The notes: a model not told the origin generated them from the letters alone. A stretch of DNA of 64,000 nucleotides from Candidatus Poribacteria bacterium (GCA_963663765.2 CAXXUA010000007.1:64001-128000); one strand, 5' to 3'; numbered from the stretch's first letter, positions 31,327 to 41,575 are shown. Numbers and translations: made by a program.

Positions 31327-32547
31327 TCAAAAATATATCCATAAAGAGGTAAAGAAAAGGTTAGGATATGTCCCAAATTCTGATTGGAATTGCGTTGGGT
31401 CATTATTCTTTGGAGGTTTTCCGATGCTTAACATACCACCAACAGATATGTGAATATCCTCAACAATATTATAACCAATCTGAGAGACAAGCCATGCAGA
31501 TGTATCATTTAGATTTAACAGCAATTGACCACTGAAACTGATTAGTGGTGTGAGTTGGTGTGTGACACCAGGAGCAAGATAGTGAACTCCGAGTAAATAA
31601 ACGGCACCACGGGTGTATGCAGATTGTTCAATATTTTCCAGAAAATCTTCAGGTATGGTTACACCTGCGCCATTAAAGTGGTATTCAATAAATGCATAAG
31701 TCTCTCCACCGAAACTATAGTCAAAACCGATAGAGGAACGTAGATAGTTGTCAGATACATTTGTATCGTCTGCAAAAACTTCCGGTAAGACATAAGCAGT
31801 TTCCAACCAGAAACCTGCACCACCGATTCCGCGAGTTATATCCAGACCTATAAGCAGATCCCTCTGATATTCCAGAAGTAAGATAGAATAATCGGTTTCA
31901 GCTGCATTTAATTGTGTACGTAGAAAAAATGCACTCTTGTCTAAGTTGAAATTGCTTCCAATTACATATCCAGTGTCTATTTCACCGAGTATACCGACTG
32001 GAATTCGTATTCGGATCGCATCTACTCCCACTCTGTCCTCTGTGTCCAGTTGGTCATACGTATAAGGTGCTATAACATCCGTTGGATTTATTGTCCTTGC
32101 ACTCCCCCAAGCAATTGCATCTCGACCGATAGCGATGTCAGCAAAACTTGTGCTGTACTGCATTGAGGCACGGTCAAGATTATGGTAAATGCCAACATTA
32201 CCAACCTGTTCATTTTCACTTGGATAAAATCGAGAATCAAAATCTGATATGCGATATTTTGAAGATGCAACACCGATAGCAAAAGGAGATTGAGAGAAAA
32301 GAGAAGGATCTTGAACACGCGGTGCAAAATCGTAAGCTAAGTATAGAGAAAAAGCGTCTGTTGGAGCATAAGATAAGTTGAAACGCAATCGGTTGACCAC
32401 AGTACTCATTAAAGGTTCGTTTGTGTATGTGGATTTGTATGTTGTAAAGAAGTTTTTGTAGTAACCGCCAGCGTTTAAATCCGCTTGAGCAGAATTAAAT
32501 AGATTCGTTAATAATATGCAGAAAAGTATAGAAATTATTCTTTTCAT
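31327..32547 (-). CDS. Putative outer-membrane beta-barrel protein
   Basis: Signal peptide, GRDAIAWG and R.GVDA motifs, C-terminal WIYF. Confidence 0.7.
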   Translation of the reverse strand: MKRIISILFCILLTNLFNSAQADLNAGGYYKNFFTTYKSTYTNEPLMSTVVNRLRFNLSYAPTDAFSLYLAYDFAPRVQDPSLFSQSPFAIGVASSKYRISDFDSRFYPSENEQVGNVGIYHNLDRASMQYSTSFADIAIGRDAIAWGSARTINPTDVIAPYTYDQLDTEDRVGVDAIRIRIPVGILGEIDTGYVIGSNFNLDKSAFFLRTQLNAAETDYSILLLEYQRDLLIGLDITRGIGGAGFWLETAYVLPEVFADDTNVSDNYLRSSIGFDYSFGGETYAFIEYHFNGAGVTIPEDFLENIEQSAYTRGAVYLLGVHYLAPGVTHQLTPLISFSGQLLLNLNDTSAWLVSQIGYNIVEDIHISVGGMLSIGKPPKNNDPTQFQSEFGTYPNLFFTSLWIYF

Positions 32548-32558
32548 CTGCTTCGATG

Positions 32559-33260
32559 TTATTTTGTTTCATCAGTGTCTACTTGACCGTCTCTGAGCGT
32601 GATTAAGCGTCTTGCACTATCCATAACCATTGGGTCATGCGTTGAAAAGATGAAAGTCATATCGGTTTCATCATTGAGTCGACGCATCATTTCAAGTAGG
32701 TCACTGCCAGTTTTTGAATCAAGGTTTGCGGTTGGTTCATCTGCAAGAATGATAGTAGGTTCAGAGACCATTGCGCGTGCAATTGCAACCCGTTGTTGCT
32801 GTCCTCCTGATAGCTGGGTAGGTAGTCTGTCCTCCACCCCCTCAAGTCCAACAGCCTCAAGCATTTTCTTGACTCTTTCGTGACGTTCCCCTTTTGACAC
32901 ACCGGCTAAAAGCATAATGTATTCCACATTTTCTTCAACTGTCAAGACTGGAATTAGGTTATATGCTTGGAAGATAAACCCGATGTTGTCGCGTCGAAAA
33001 TCGGACAGTTCATTTCCGTTCATTTCAGATATGACTTTTCCAGAAAGCCAAACTTTACCTTCAGTGGGTGAATCTAAACCCGAAATGATATTTAGGAAGG
33101 TCGTTTTTCCAGACCCGGAGGGACCGACGAGTGCTGTAAATTCTCCTGATGTGATAGTTAGATCTATACCGTTTAAGGCATTAACGGGAATGCCATCCGG
33201 ATCAAATATTTTTATTACACTATCAGTAACAATTACTTCATGATTTTGTGTTTGTTCCAT
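32559..33260 (-). CDS. ABC transporter ATP-binding protein (LolD/MacB-like)
   Basis: GPSGSGKT, LSGGQQQRVAIARA, ILADEPTANLD. Confidence 0.93.
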   Translation of the reverse strand: MEQTQNHEVIVTDSVIKIFDPDGIPVNALNGIDLTITSGEFTALVGPSGSGKTTFLNIISGLDSPTEGKVWLSGKVISEMNGNELSDFRRDNIGFIFQAYNLIPVLTVEENVEYIMLLAGVSKGERHERVKKMLEAVGLEGVEDRLPTQLSGGQQQRVAIARAMVSEPTIILADEPTANLDSKTGSDLLEMMRRLNDETDMTFIFSTHDPMVMDSARRLITLRDGQVDTDETK

Positions 33261-33271
33261 AATGTTTCCTA

Positions 33272-33636
33272 CAGGACTTATGCAGTTTTCTTGATTTAAT
33301 CAAGAATTATGATGAAAATGATGTAATTATCAGCATTTTTAGAGGTTTCCAGTGCGCTTACATGAAGATTAAAAAAATAATTAGGTAATTTTATCTAACC
33401 TACCCTGGTAGGCGTGCTTTGTAAGCGCGCTGGTACATCAAGTCCCAAGAGTGCGCTTACAAAGCACCAAATCAAGAAATCAACGGTATGAATGCCATTT
33501 AGGCATTCCCCGGGTATGAATGCCATTTAGGCATTCCCCGCCTACCGTATGAGAAATATTTATTACCCAATTAATAAATTAATCTAATAAATTAATCTTC
33601 ATCAAAGCGCGCATACCGTTCGGTGCGTAAGTCCTG
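33272..33636. mobile_element. MITE A containing MITE B (33362-33602), which contains element C (33468-33539)
   Basis: caggactta...taagtcctg with a 5-bp TCCTA duplication; inner atgaagattaa...ttaatcttcat. Confidence 0.9.
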
Positions 33637-33638
33637 TC

Positions 33639-34868
33639 CTAAAAACTACGTCGCATAGCATCAACAGGTGCTATCTTTGCAGCGTGCCATGCAGGATATA
33701 AACCTGCGATGATTGTAAACAAGAATACCGCTATAGGATAAAGTATAAATTGTTGGATGTTAAGAACAGGATAAATGTACTCTTGTATTGTAACCCCCAT
33801 CATCTCAATACCGGTATAGTTTATACCGAGATGTGCAAACAGTGTGGTTAATCCAAAACCGATGATACCTCCCAAGATAATGCTAACTATTGCTAAAGTA
33901 CCCGCTTCAAATAAGAGGATTCGTGCCATGCCAAAAGGTCGTGTTCCAACTGCGCGTAACACACCAAACTCAAACATACGTTCATAGAGCGACATAAAAA
34001 GCGTGTTGATAATCCCAAAGATAACGACTCCAAATAACACCACTCCCATTATGTACTTGCTATATTTCGACATGTCCAGAATTGTCTTTAATTGTGGCAG
34101 TATTTCAGCCCAACTTAACGCTTCATTACCATATTGGGAATATGTATTCCAAAAAGTTAATTCTTGGTTATGCGCGTAAGTTGTTGATGTGAATTTGATT
34201 GCAATTTCATGAACATTGTTACCAATTGCAAGCATCTGTTGTGCTTTTGAGATTCGAACGAATGCCATACCAGTGTTCATTGCTTCGTCAACAAAGTGGA
34301 ATATACCAGAAACACGAAACCTTTCTTGTGAAAGTTCACCGCTTTCGGATTGTGTTATGGTTACGACCACACGGTCCCCGATACCAATTTCCAAGTTTTC
34401 TGCAAGTTTCGTTCCGATGATGATATCCCGGCTATCATTGCCTTCAAAGTATCTACCTTCCGTAATTGCATCGTCTATTTGTGATAAGTATCTTTCTGTA
34501 GATGGCTGAACGCCAACAAGGTTAATCGCGCTCACATTTGCTGGTGATGTAATCATACCTAAGGAAAAGGTTCTACGCGTAAAATAGTGTACATTGGCTT
34601 CCTTTGCCAATTTTGCGGTAACTTTCTCAAGTTCTTGAATAGTCAATGATACTTCTTGTTCGTCTTGGTAACCTTTGCGATGTATTTGTGCGTCGCCGAG
34701 GAAAGACGCGGTAGCAGTTTTAATCATATTTTCTGTCATCCCAATCATGAGTGCGTCAACAAAGATTAGGGCAGCCAGACCGATACCGATAGCAATGGAT
34801 GCGATGATGGTGCGGCGTTTGTTTCGTAAAAGGTTTCTCCAAGCGAGTTTGAATAGGATGAAGAACAT
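33639..34868 (-). CDS. ABC transporter permease (LolE/FtsX-like)
   Basis: LAWRNLLRNKRRT, ERMFEFGVLRAVG. Confidence 0.9.
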   Translation of the reverse strand: MFFILFKLAWRNLLRNKRRTIIASIAIGIGLAALIFVDALMIGMTENMIKTATASFLGDAQIHRKGYQDEQEVSLTIQELEKVTAKLAKEANVHYFTRRTFSLGMITSPANVSAINLVGVQPSTERYLSQIDDAITEGRYFEGNDSRDIIIGTKLAENLEIGIGDRVVVTITQSESGELSQERFRVSGIFHFVDEAMNTGMAFVRISKAQQMLAIGNNVHEIAIKFTSTTYAHNQELTFWNTYSQYGNEALSWAEILPQLKTILDMSKYSKYIMGVVLFGVVIFGIINTLFMSLYERMFEFGVLRAVGTRPFGMARILLFEAGTLAIVSIILGGIIGFGLTTLFAHLGINYTGIEMMGVTIQEYIYPVLNIQQFILYPIAVFLFTIIAGLYPAWHAAKIAPVDAMRRSF

Positions 34869-34880
34869 AGAATTGACCTA

Positions 34881-36095
34881 TCAGTGTGTTCGCATTGCTT
34901 TTGCGGGTAATATACGTGCTGCTTTTATCGCTGGAAAAAGACTGACTATGATTGCTGACAGCATAACTGTAATTGCGGGAATGATTAGACTTCGCATATT
35001 CACTTCTGTATACATTGTGCCAAATTTCATTCCACCATAAGTGAATTCTTGTGGTAGTTTTATACCGTTAATAGAGAGCAAATAATTGATTGTTATACCG
35101 AGTATCGCGCCGATACAAATGCTTCCGATGGCTATGATTACTACCTCTGAGATGACCAACGAGAAGATTTGCATCGGTTTTGTGCCGACAGCTTTCAGTA
35201 CACCGTATTCACGCGTTCTCTCCAACACTGACATCAGGACTGTATTGAGAACCCCGATAGCAACAATCAACATAATAATTACTCGACCTATTGCATCCCC
35301 TTGCTGATCAGCTTTCATAGCTTTATAGAAGGATTTCGCAACTACCTGCCATGGGGACACCTCAAGCGAGGAATCATTGATACGTGTTCGCATATCCTCT
35401 GTTACCATAGCGACCTTATTGATTTTAGTCACAGTGACAACAATCTCGTGTACACGTCCCTCCAGCACAAAAAGTTCCTGTGCGTCTGCTATGTGCAAGT
35501 AGCATGCAACCCTATCTGTTATTGCATCCCCGCTTTCCAAAATGCCGACTATTTCGTACAGCTCATTTGCAATGGAACCGTCTGCGGCTTGTGAAAAAAG
35601 AACGATCTCACTACCAGTCGTTGCAGCAAGTATTTTGGCAAGACCTTTCCCTATGACGGCTTGACCTGAAGCTATATTGGCTAAAGTTGTTCCTTCAATC
35701 ACCTTCTTGTCAAATTGGGTTGCTTTGGTTTCACGTGGTACATCAATTCCAATGATCTGAACGGCGGTGCTTTTCTCGTTTACTGAACCGATCCCTGATG
35801 CGAACAAACGTGGAGACCATGCTTCAACGTCTGTGATACTTTGTATTGTGTCACCGACAATAGAAACACCATTTATTGTATTGTAGATCGATGGTTTATC
35901 AAGATAACCTTTACTATGTACCTGAATGTGTCCGATTCGGTTACCTGTAAATGTTGAAATCATGTTGGAATATGTGCCGTCAGACCAACCAATGAATAAA
36001 GATGAGAGCGTAAACCCAACAATCATTGCAAGTGCGGTTAAGATGGTCCGACGTTTTTGTCGGAAGATGTTACGAAATGCGATTTTCAGTATCAT
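34881..36095 (-). CDS. ABC transporter permease (LolE/FtsX-like)
   Basis: IAFRNIFRQKRRT, ERTREYGVLKAVG. Confidence 0.9.
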   Translation of the reverse strand: MILKIAFRNIFRQKRRTILTALAMIVGFTLSSLFIGWSDGTYSNMISTFTGNRIGHIQVHSKGYLDKPSIYNTINGVSIVGDTIQSITDVEAWSPRLFASGIGSVNEKSTAVQIIGIDVPRETKATQFDKKVIEGTTLANIASGQAVIGKGLAKILAATTGSEIVLFSQAADGSIANELYEIVGILESGDAITDRVACYLHIADAQELFVLEGRVHEIVVTVTKINKVAMVTEDMRTRINDSSLEVSPWQVVAKSFYKAMKADQQGDAIGRVIIMLIVAIGVLNTVLMSVLERTREYGVLKAVGTKPMQIFSLVISEVVIIAIGSICIGAILGITINYLLSINGIKLPQEFTYGGMKFGTMYTEVNMRSLIIPAITVMLSAIIVSLFPAIKAARILPAKAMRTH

Positions 36096-36155
36096 AAAAA
36101 CTGTTGAATTTCGTTCTAAGCTAGATATTAGAAATTTAAATTGAGGGTTGATTAC

Positions 36156-37796
36156 TTATTTTGAAATCAACATTGACACCTGATGCGGGTCGATATTAGA
36201 ACGGTGATAGGTGAGAATGTCTTTCTTGTTATCCCGATTTATGTCAACCAGTTTGATATTTTGCTCATCTTCAGGCATATTGATTTTCACTTTTTGTGGT
36301 CGCTTCATAAATAGATGGTTTCCTTGTACACCAAGGAAGACGTGCATTTCATTCCAGTTTTTCCCTATAAGTAAATCCAAACGTCTATCCCCGTTTACAT
36401 CACCCAATAGTACTGCTGGGAAGAAGACTCTTTCTGTTTCAAAGATGTCAAGCTTAGGTCTAATTTTGCGTCTGGTTGCGGGCTGGTCTGGGAATTTTCC
36501 ATCTTCCATACGATAAAACTCAAGGTCTATTGCGATGGATTTGCCAACCATTGCGCGAGTCATCCCACCGATAGCGGTTTTCACATCATTGAACATAACA
36601 TCAATCTCACCATTACCATCAAAATCCAGCATTATTACAGATGAATAACCCCATGGCATCAACGCGCCTGCTATGCCTCGTGGTTTGATTATCATCCCAA
36701 TATCTTTGTCAAATGATATTCCGTTTTGGTTTGATGATCCGAAATGTACCTCGTACATACTGCGGTGTTTGCCGATACTACGTCCGTTTAATGAGTGAAT
36801 TATCATGTCAGTTACACCATCACCGTTCATATCACGGAAAGTGTGTAATACTCTTCGTTTGGTATTTTCTCTAAATCCGAAGATAAGTGAGAACATGTTC
36901 TCACCACTGAATCCAAATGCAATTGAATATGCACCGTCAGTGTCAAATGGCACGTCTGGGGTGAAAGCGACAGGTGTTGTTGAAAACCTTCCATCAGTAT
37001 TTTGTAGAAATACATCAAAATGATCTCTGTTCCAGAATACAATATCTTTTCGTTCATCTTGGTTGTAATCCATTTGATGAACACGACTGAGATACCATAG
37101 AACAGTCAACCGGTTTATCCCTACTTCTCGGTAAATAATCCCATCTTCCATTGAGATCTCATCAAGGAACGGATCGGGTGGACCGAGTTTTATCGGTGCA
37201 GTGAAGGAACCATTGTTTAATTGAGTGGAAACCCTAAATCCATCAACATCTGGTAAAATGAAGTCTTCCATTCCATCGCCGTTCAAGTCACGAGTGATGT
37301 CAATATGGGGTATTTCATTCTCATGGATAGGATTAAAATTAGTTGTGACGTTCATCAGCTTGCGTTCCACCAATGAATCAGTATCAAACCAACTTAGACG
37401 CCCGGGTTGATATGTGATGAGTCTATCACGTCCATCAATTGGTGCAATGTCAACGAACAACACTTTTTGCTTTAGTTTGGTGTCAATACTCAGTGTCCAC
37501 TGCTCATCTCTGAAAGTATAGATATGTAATTTGTGTGCCTTGTTCTTGCCAGTACTCACTGTCTTGCCAGTACTCACTGTAACAAGATTCGCGAAATCTT
37601 CTCCCAGAAGAAAACCGGTCAAAGTGGTTTGCTGGTGTTTTGCAGTTCCGATGCTGATTTTATGCTGTTCATAAGAAAATGGTTTGACGTTCTCTGGTTG
37701 GACATCTTCACGAACAGTCTTTGCACAACCTGAGAAGCACACGCAAAGTATCGCTATAGAAAGCATGCGTAGAGAAAGTGAACTAAAAATATGCAT
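36156..37796 (-). CDS. FG-GAP/VCBS-repeat lipoprotein
   Basis: Lipobox FSGC; DLNGDG, DMNGDG, DFDGNG and DVNGD repeats. Confidence 0.8.
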   Translation of the reverse strand: MHIFSSLSLRMLSIAILCVCFSGCAKTVREDVQPENVKPFSYEQHKISIGTAKHQQTTLTGFLLGEDFANLVTVSTGKTVSTGKNKAHKLHIYTFRDEQWTLSIDTKLKQKVLFVDIAPIDGRDRLITYQPGRLSWFDTDSLVERKLMNVTTNFNPIHENEIPHIDITRDLNGDGMEDFILPDVDGFRVSTQLNNGSFTAPIKLGPPDPFLDEISMEDGIIYREVGINRLTVLWYLSRVHQMDYNQDERKDIVFWNRDHFDVFLQNTDGRFSTTPVAFTPDVPFDTDGAYSIAFGFSGENMFSLIFGFRENTKRRVLHTFRDMNGDGVTDMIIHSLNGRSIGKHRSMYEVHFGSSNQNGISFDKDIGMIIKPRGIAGALMPWGYSSVIMLDFDGNGEIDVMFNDVKTAIGGMTRAMVGKSIAIDLEFYRMEDGKFPDQPATRRKIRPKLDIFETERVFFPAVLLGDVNGDRRLDLLIGKNWNEMHVFLGVQGNHLFMKRPQKVKINMPEDEQNIKLVDINRDNKKDILTYHRSNIDPHQVSMLISK

Positions 37797-38334
37797 GTAT
37801 ACCCGCACTGACATAAACGCCAGCAAGACCTTCAGATTGAGAATTACTGTTTTCTCTACCAATACCTTGACCAATACCCACGTTCAAGCCAAGTGGAATT
37901 CCACCCAGCGAAAACACAAGCTCACCACCAAAAGCTATTCCAGCAGCCAGTGTTGATATATTAACAGTTTCATTCTGCATATTCACCTCAGATTGAAATC
38001 GCCACCCACCTTCCAACGTGAAATATAACCGTGCTTGGTTCCATTTACCTTGATGCTCATATATTGCATAGGAAACCCCAGCACCTAACATGTGGTCACC
38101 AATCTGATCGTTTAGAATAAAACGTCCGACCGCTTGTAGGTATACAGGTTTCAGTCCATTGTATTTGAAACTAATGCCACCATATGCGGGTGTAGCACCA
38201 TGAGAACCGATACCGAAGTTCTTGGTTAAGTTTGATTCTTGTGCTTGAGCAGAGAAAACAAGAAATAGACTCATTATGAATATAAGTCGTGAAACGGAAA
38301 CTATCTGTTTTTTTTGTGTTGTATTGTATATCAT
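37783..38334 (-). CDS. Small putative outer-membrane beta-barrel protein
   Basis: Signal peptide AQA, Gly/aromatic strands, C-terminal HAYF. Confidence 0.65.
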   Translation of the reverse strand: MIYNTTQKKQIVSVSRLIFIMSLFLVFSAQAQESNLTKNFGIGSHGATPAYGGISFKYNGLKPVYLQAVGRFILNDQIGDHMLGAGVSYAIYEHQGKWNQARLYFTLEGGWRFQSEVNMQNETVNISTLAAGIAFGGELVFSLGGIPLGLNVGIGQGIGRENSNSQSEGLAGVYVSAGIHAYF

Positions 38335-38370
38335 TGTTACCTATATTTAATAATCTGATGTGAAAATTTG

Positions 38371-39195
38371 TCATCTTCGTTTCTGCAGATTTCTACGTGT
38401 GAAGATATTATCGTCAACCTTTGAATTGAATGTAGCATTTAACCATTTGACAACCGTTTTGTGTCCCTCTTTGTTTTGTGGAATCATTTCCATGACCGTT
38501 GGGATGGTTTTCTTGTTAAAAGTTTTGATTTCTTTGTAGTTCAACACACGCATTAAATTATCTTTTTCGTCGTAGAAATGCTGCCAAACCGGTAAGTAGT
38601 CGCTTTTTCTGACAGCAGTTTCAATCTTACCCCATACAATTGCAGTGTCCTCTTTTGGAATAAGTTCTACATATAGCAATTTTGGGGATGCATCTTCTGG
38701 TGTTATCATACGGTAGGTATAGTCGTCCAGCATAGATGATTCTTTGACTAAATCATCATTGGTGAAATCGGACCCCATCCATGAACCCATCATCATTGAT
38801 GGTGAAATCTTTATTACCTTGTTGACTTTTGGGAGATAATTCCACATCTGTTTTCCGATGCGTAATGTAGTGACATTTTCCTCTTTTTTTGGTGCAGTAA
38901 TTCGTATGAAGGTTTTGTCCATCCCCTTTGTCCAAATCAACATTTTCAATGTGCGTTCGTAATTTGGTGTGACGATGTGCATCTCCATGTCAGCATGACT
39001 TGTATTACTGCGGTAAAGTTGATCTATGTGTTTGATTATGTCTTCAACTTTGGAATCTGCTGATACATTCGCTGTCAATAAAGATGATAAAGAAGTCAAG
39101 AGCACAAATAGTAATATTAACCATGTGAAGTGTTTTGGATGACTTTTTATATAAGTGAAATAATGAGACCACACCGTTTTTTCCTCTATTACCAC
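38371..39195 (-). CDS. Outer-membrane lipoprotein-sorting (LolA-like) protein
   Basis: MWNYLPKVN, SWMGSDFTNDDL, FTRRNL. Confidence 0.85.
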   Translation of the reverse strand: MVIEEKTVWSHYFTYIKSHPKHFTWLILLFVLLTSLSSLLTANVSADSKVEDIIKHIDQLYRSNTSHADMEMHIVTPNYERTLKMLIWTKGMDKTFIRITAPKKEENVTTLRIGKQMWNYLPKVNKVIKISPSMMMGSWMGSDFTNDDLVKESSMLDDYTYRMITPEDASPKLLYVELIPKEDTAIVWGKIETAVRKSDYLPVWQHFYDEKDNLMRVLNYKEIKTFNKKTIPTVMEMIPQNKEGHKTVVKWLNATFNSKVDDNIFTRRNLQKRR

Positions 39196-39334
39196 AAAGC
39201 TTATTTACATATCTGATTATACAATTATAATACTTCAAAATGATATACAGTGCAAGGTATAATCTGAGTGTCGTATGTATAGAGTTTTGTACAATAATTA
39301 TTTTTGCGCGTAATTTGCGCCGCTGAAATACAAT

Positions 39335-39456
39335 CAGGACTTACGCAGTTTTCATGATTTAATCAAGAATTGTGATGAAAATGATGTAATTTTCAACATT
39401 ATTTGTGCTTCCAGCGCGCTTACAAAGCAAACCTACCGTTGGGTGCGTAAGTCCTG
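39335..39456. mobile_element. MITE family A, uninterrupted 122-bp copy
   Basis: caggacttacgca...tgcgtaagtcctg, identical to the IS701 TIR. Confidence 0.88.
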
Positions 39457-40143
39457 CTATGTAAGGAATCACTGCAAATTGTATGTGCATTTCTTGAGAT
39501 TTCCTAAGAATTTTCTACTACTAAAACCGTACCGTACGGTACGGTTTTTTCGGTTTGTGGTACGGTTTTGAAAACATGTAATGCGTCCAGTGCTTATAAG
39601 GCGTTATCGGGGTATTTGTTGTGTTTTTTTCTAAATTATTTTCAATTTTTGGTACGGTTTTTTGTTTATGTGTTTTTTTGTGTTTGGGTGTTGGTTTTGC
39701 ATAGTGTTTTTGTTGTGTGCTTTTCTTTTGTTTATATTATATGTGATTTTTTATGGGTTTTGTAGTTTTTTGGGTGTCTGTTTATTGGGATTTCCAATAG
39801 ATAAGCAATAGATATCAATTAGGTTCTTGTTAGTAGTATATTTTGTCTGAACCAGGATTCTCAAATCAAGAAAAGAAGAAATCAACGGTGTGATTGCCCT
39901 ATGGCATTCCTCGAGTCTTTGTGTTCCCGCTTTTGTTTCCACTCATCAGAGATGGCGGGGAATGCCATATGAAGATTAATAAATTGATCTTCATACAGGT
40001 TGTGCTACAACACAAGCAGTCGTTTAGGTTTGTTAAACATATAGATCAAAGTGTTCAGGTAATTCTAAAATCTACTATAACTTTCAGTAAATCTCAATAT
40101 TATACCATTTTCATGTAATAATGTCTCATTAGCAGCGGAAATC

Positions 40144-40505
40144 GGGTGTGTAAAGTTTTGGTTACTGAGCGTAGGGGCGGGGTCTCCACGCCCGAACAGA
40201 AACTTTACGCAAGCGAGGAAATGAAGATTAAAAAATACTTTGGGTAATTCTCCTAATCCCGCCACGGTAGACGAACTATTCCACCCTGGTATGCGTGCTT
40301 TGTAAGCGCGTTGTTAGAACTTGACATCCAGCGCGCTTACAAAGCACGCATATCAACTGAGAAATATTTGATTACCCAATTTAATAAATTAATCTTCATA
40401 ACCTCGCCCCTACGATGTCCACAGTTCCCTAACGTCAAGCAAGCTTTATAGCAACTGGACGGACTTCTTTTAATATCAGGGTTTCTACAAAAATTTTACA
40501 CACCC
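40144..40505. mobile_element. MITE H with nested MITE B (40221-40399); 9-bp flanking duplication GCGGAAATC
   Basis: Inverted copy of 4841-5023, interrupted in its REP loop. Confidence 0.9.
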
Positions 40506-40639
40506 GCGGAAATCGGGTGTGTAAAGTTTTTGCACAGAGGTACTAACTTTTGTTCTCTTTAGTCCCGTAGGGACGCAATGTTTATAGAAAGACGTTATCA
40601 CATCCCCTCTCTTTAGTTCCGTAGGAACGACATAGAAGG

Positions 40640-40821
40640 ATAAACATATCGTCCCTACGGGACTAAAAAGACGTGGGGATATGTCTTTCTATAAACATAT
40701 CGTCCCTACGGGACTAAAAAGACGTGGGGATATGTCTTTCTATAAACATATCGTCCCTACGGGACTAAAAAGACGTGGGGATATGTCTTTCTATAAACAT
40801 ATCGTCCCTACGGGACTGAAG
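40640..40821 (+). repeat. 3.5 x 51-bp exact tandem repeat with palindromic core GTCCCTACGGGAC
   Basis: Units start at 40640, 40691, 40742 and 40793; inverted related copies at about 40555-40635. Confidence 0.92.
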
Positions 40822-40859
40822 AATATGGTTAATATTAACAATATTTCTTTATATTGACA

Positions 40860-41003
40860 CCTAATGAAGTTTGACAATCAAAATCGGTAGTTGAATTCGT
40901 AGGGGTTGGGTTCCCCAACCCGTTTGGTTTCTGGGTTTGCGTAGATCATGTGTGGAAACCATGCCCCTACGAATACACAACTTGAACGTCAAACTTCATT
41001 AGG
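40860..41003. mobile_element. MITE (TIR CCTAATGAAGTTTGAC) with an internal GTAG REP doublet
   Basis: 16-bp perfect inverted ends. Confidence 0.75.
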
Positions 41004-41525
41004 ACTCTGTGTCCGCAATCTCTCATTTAATCAGTTGCGGCGGGGCACAGAGACCCGGGGAATGCCAAAAGGCATTCATACCGTTGATTTCTTGATTTAC
41101 CGGTCGCGACTGTGTTGAATACGGTTGCGACTACCAGCATGCGATGGACATAATCAGAGTAATCTGGGATTGTGTCTGAACCAGGATTCACAGGATTATC
41201 GGATTTGCAGGATTAGAGTTTTGTTCGTTATCCTCCTATCCAAAAGTAAGCATAAATACACATCAAACACCCGTGCCAGGGTAAATCTGTAAATCTGTAA
41301 ATCCCGCGGAATGCCCTTTGGCGAATGCGCTTGGTAGAATACGCGTATGGTATTCTACCAAGCGCATTCGCCATGATTCATACCGTTGATTACTTGATTT
41401 GGTCATTCCGTACACACCGACTCGACAACAGCAGAGATTGACACACAGTGTTTAGATAATGAACACTGCTGATCAAATTGTGACACAATTTGGTTGAAAT
41501 TTGCTGAATTTCCAATGATTCACTT

Positions 41526-41541
41526 TGGCACGATATTTGCT
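41526..41541 (+). promoter_or_regulatory. Consensus sigma-54 promoter
   Basis: TGGCACGATATTTGCT, 34 bp upstream of the ATG at 41576. Confidence 0.8.
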
Positions 41542-41575
41542 CATAGTTTTGTTATATTTTCAAAAGGGGTTTATT

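Noticed and set aside
39568-39765. Hydrophobic small ORFs here and at 58708..58953
   Set aside because: The F/V-rich translations are by-products of the T/G-skewed tracts.
40640-40821. Possible CRISPR array
   Set aside because: The units are fully identical, so there are no unique spacers, and no cas genes are in the window.
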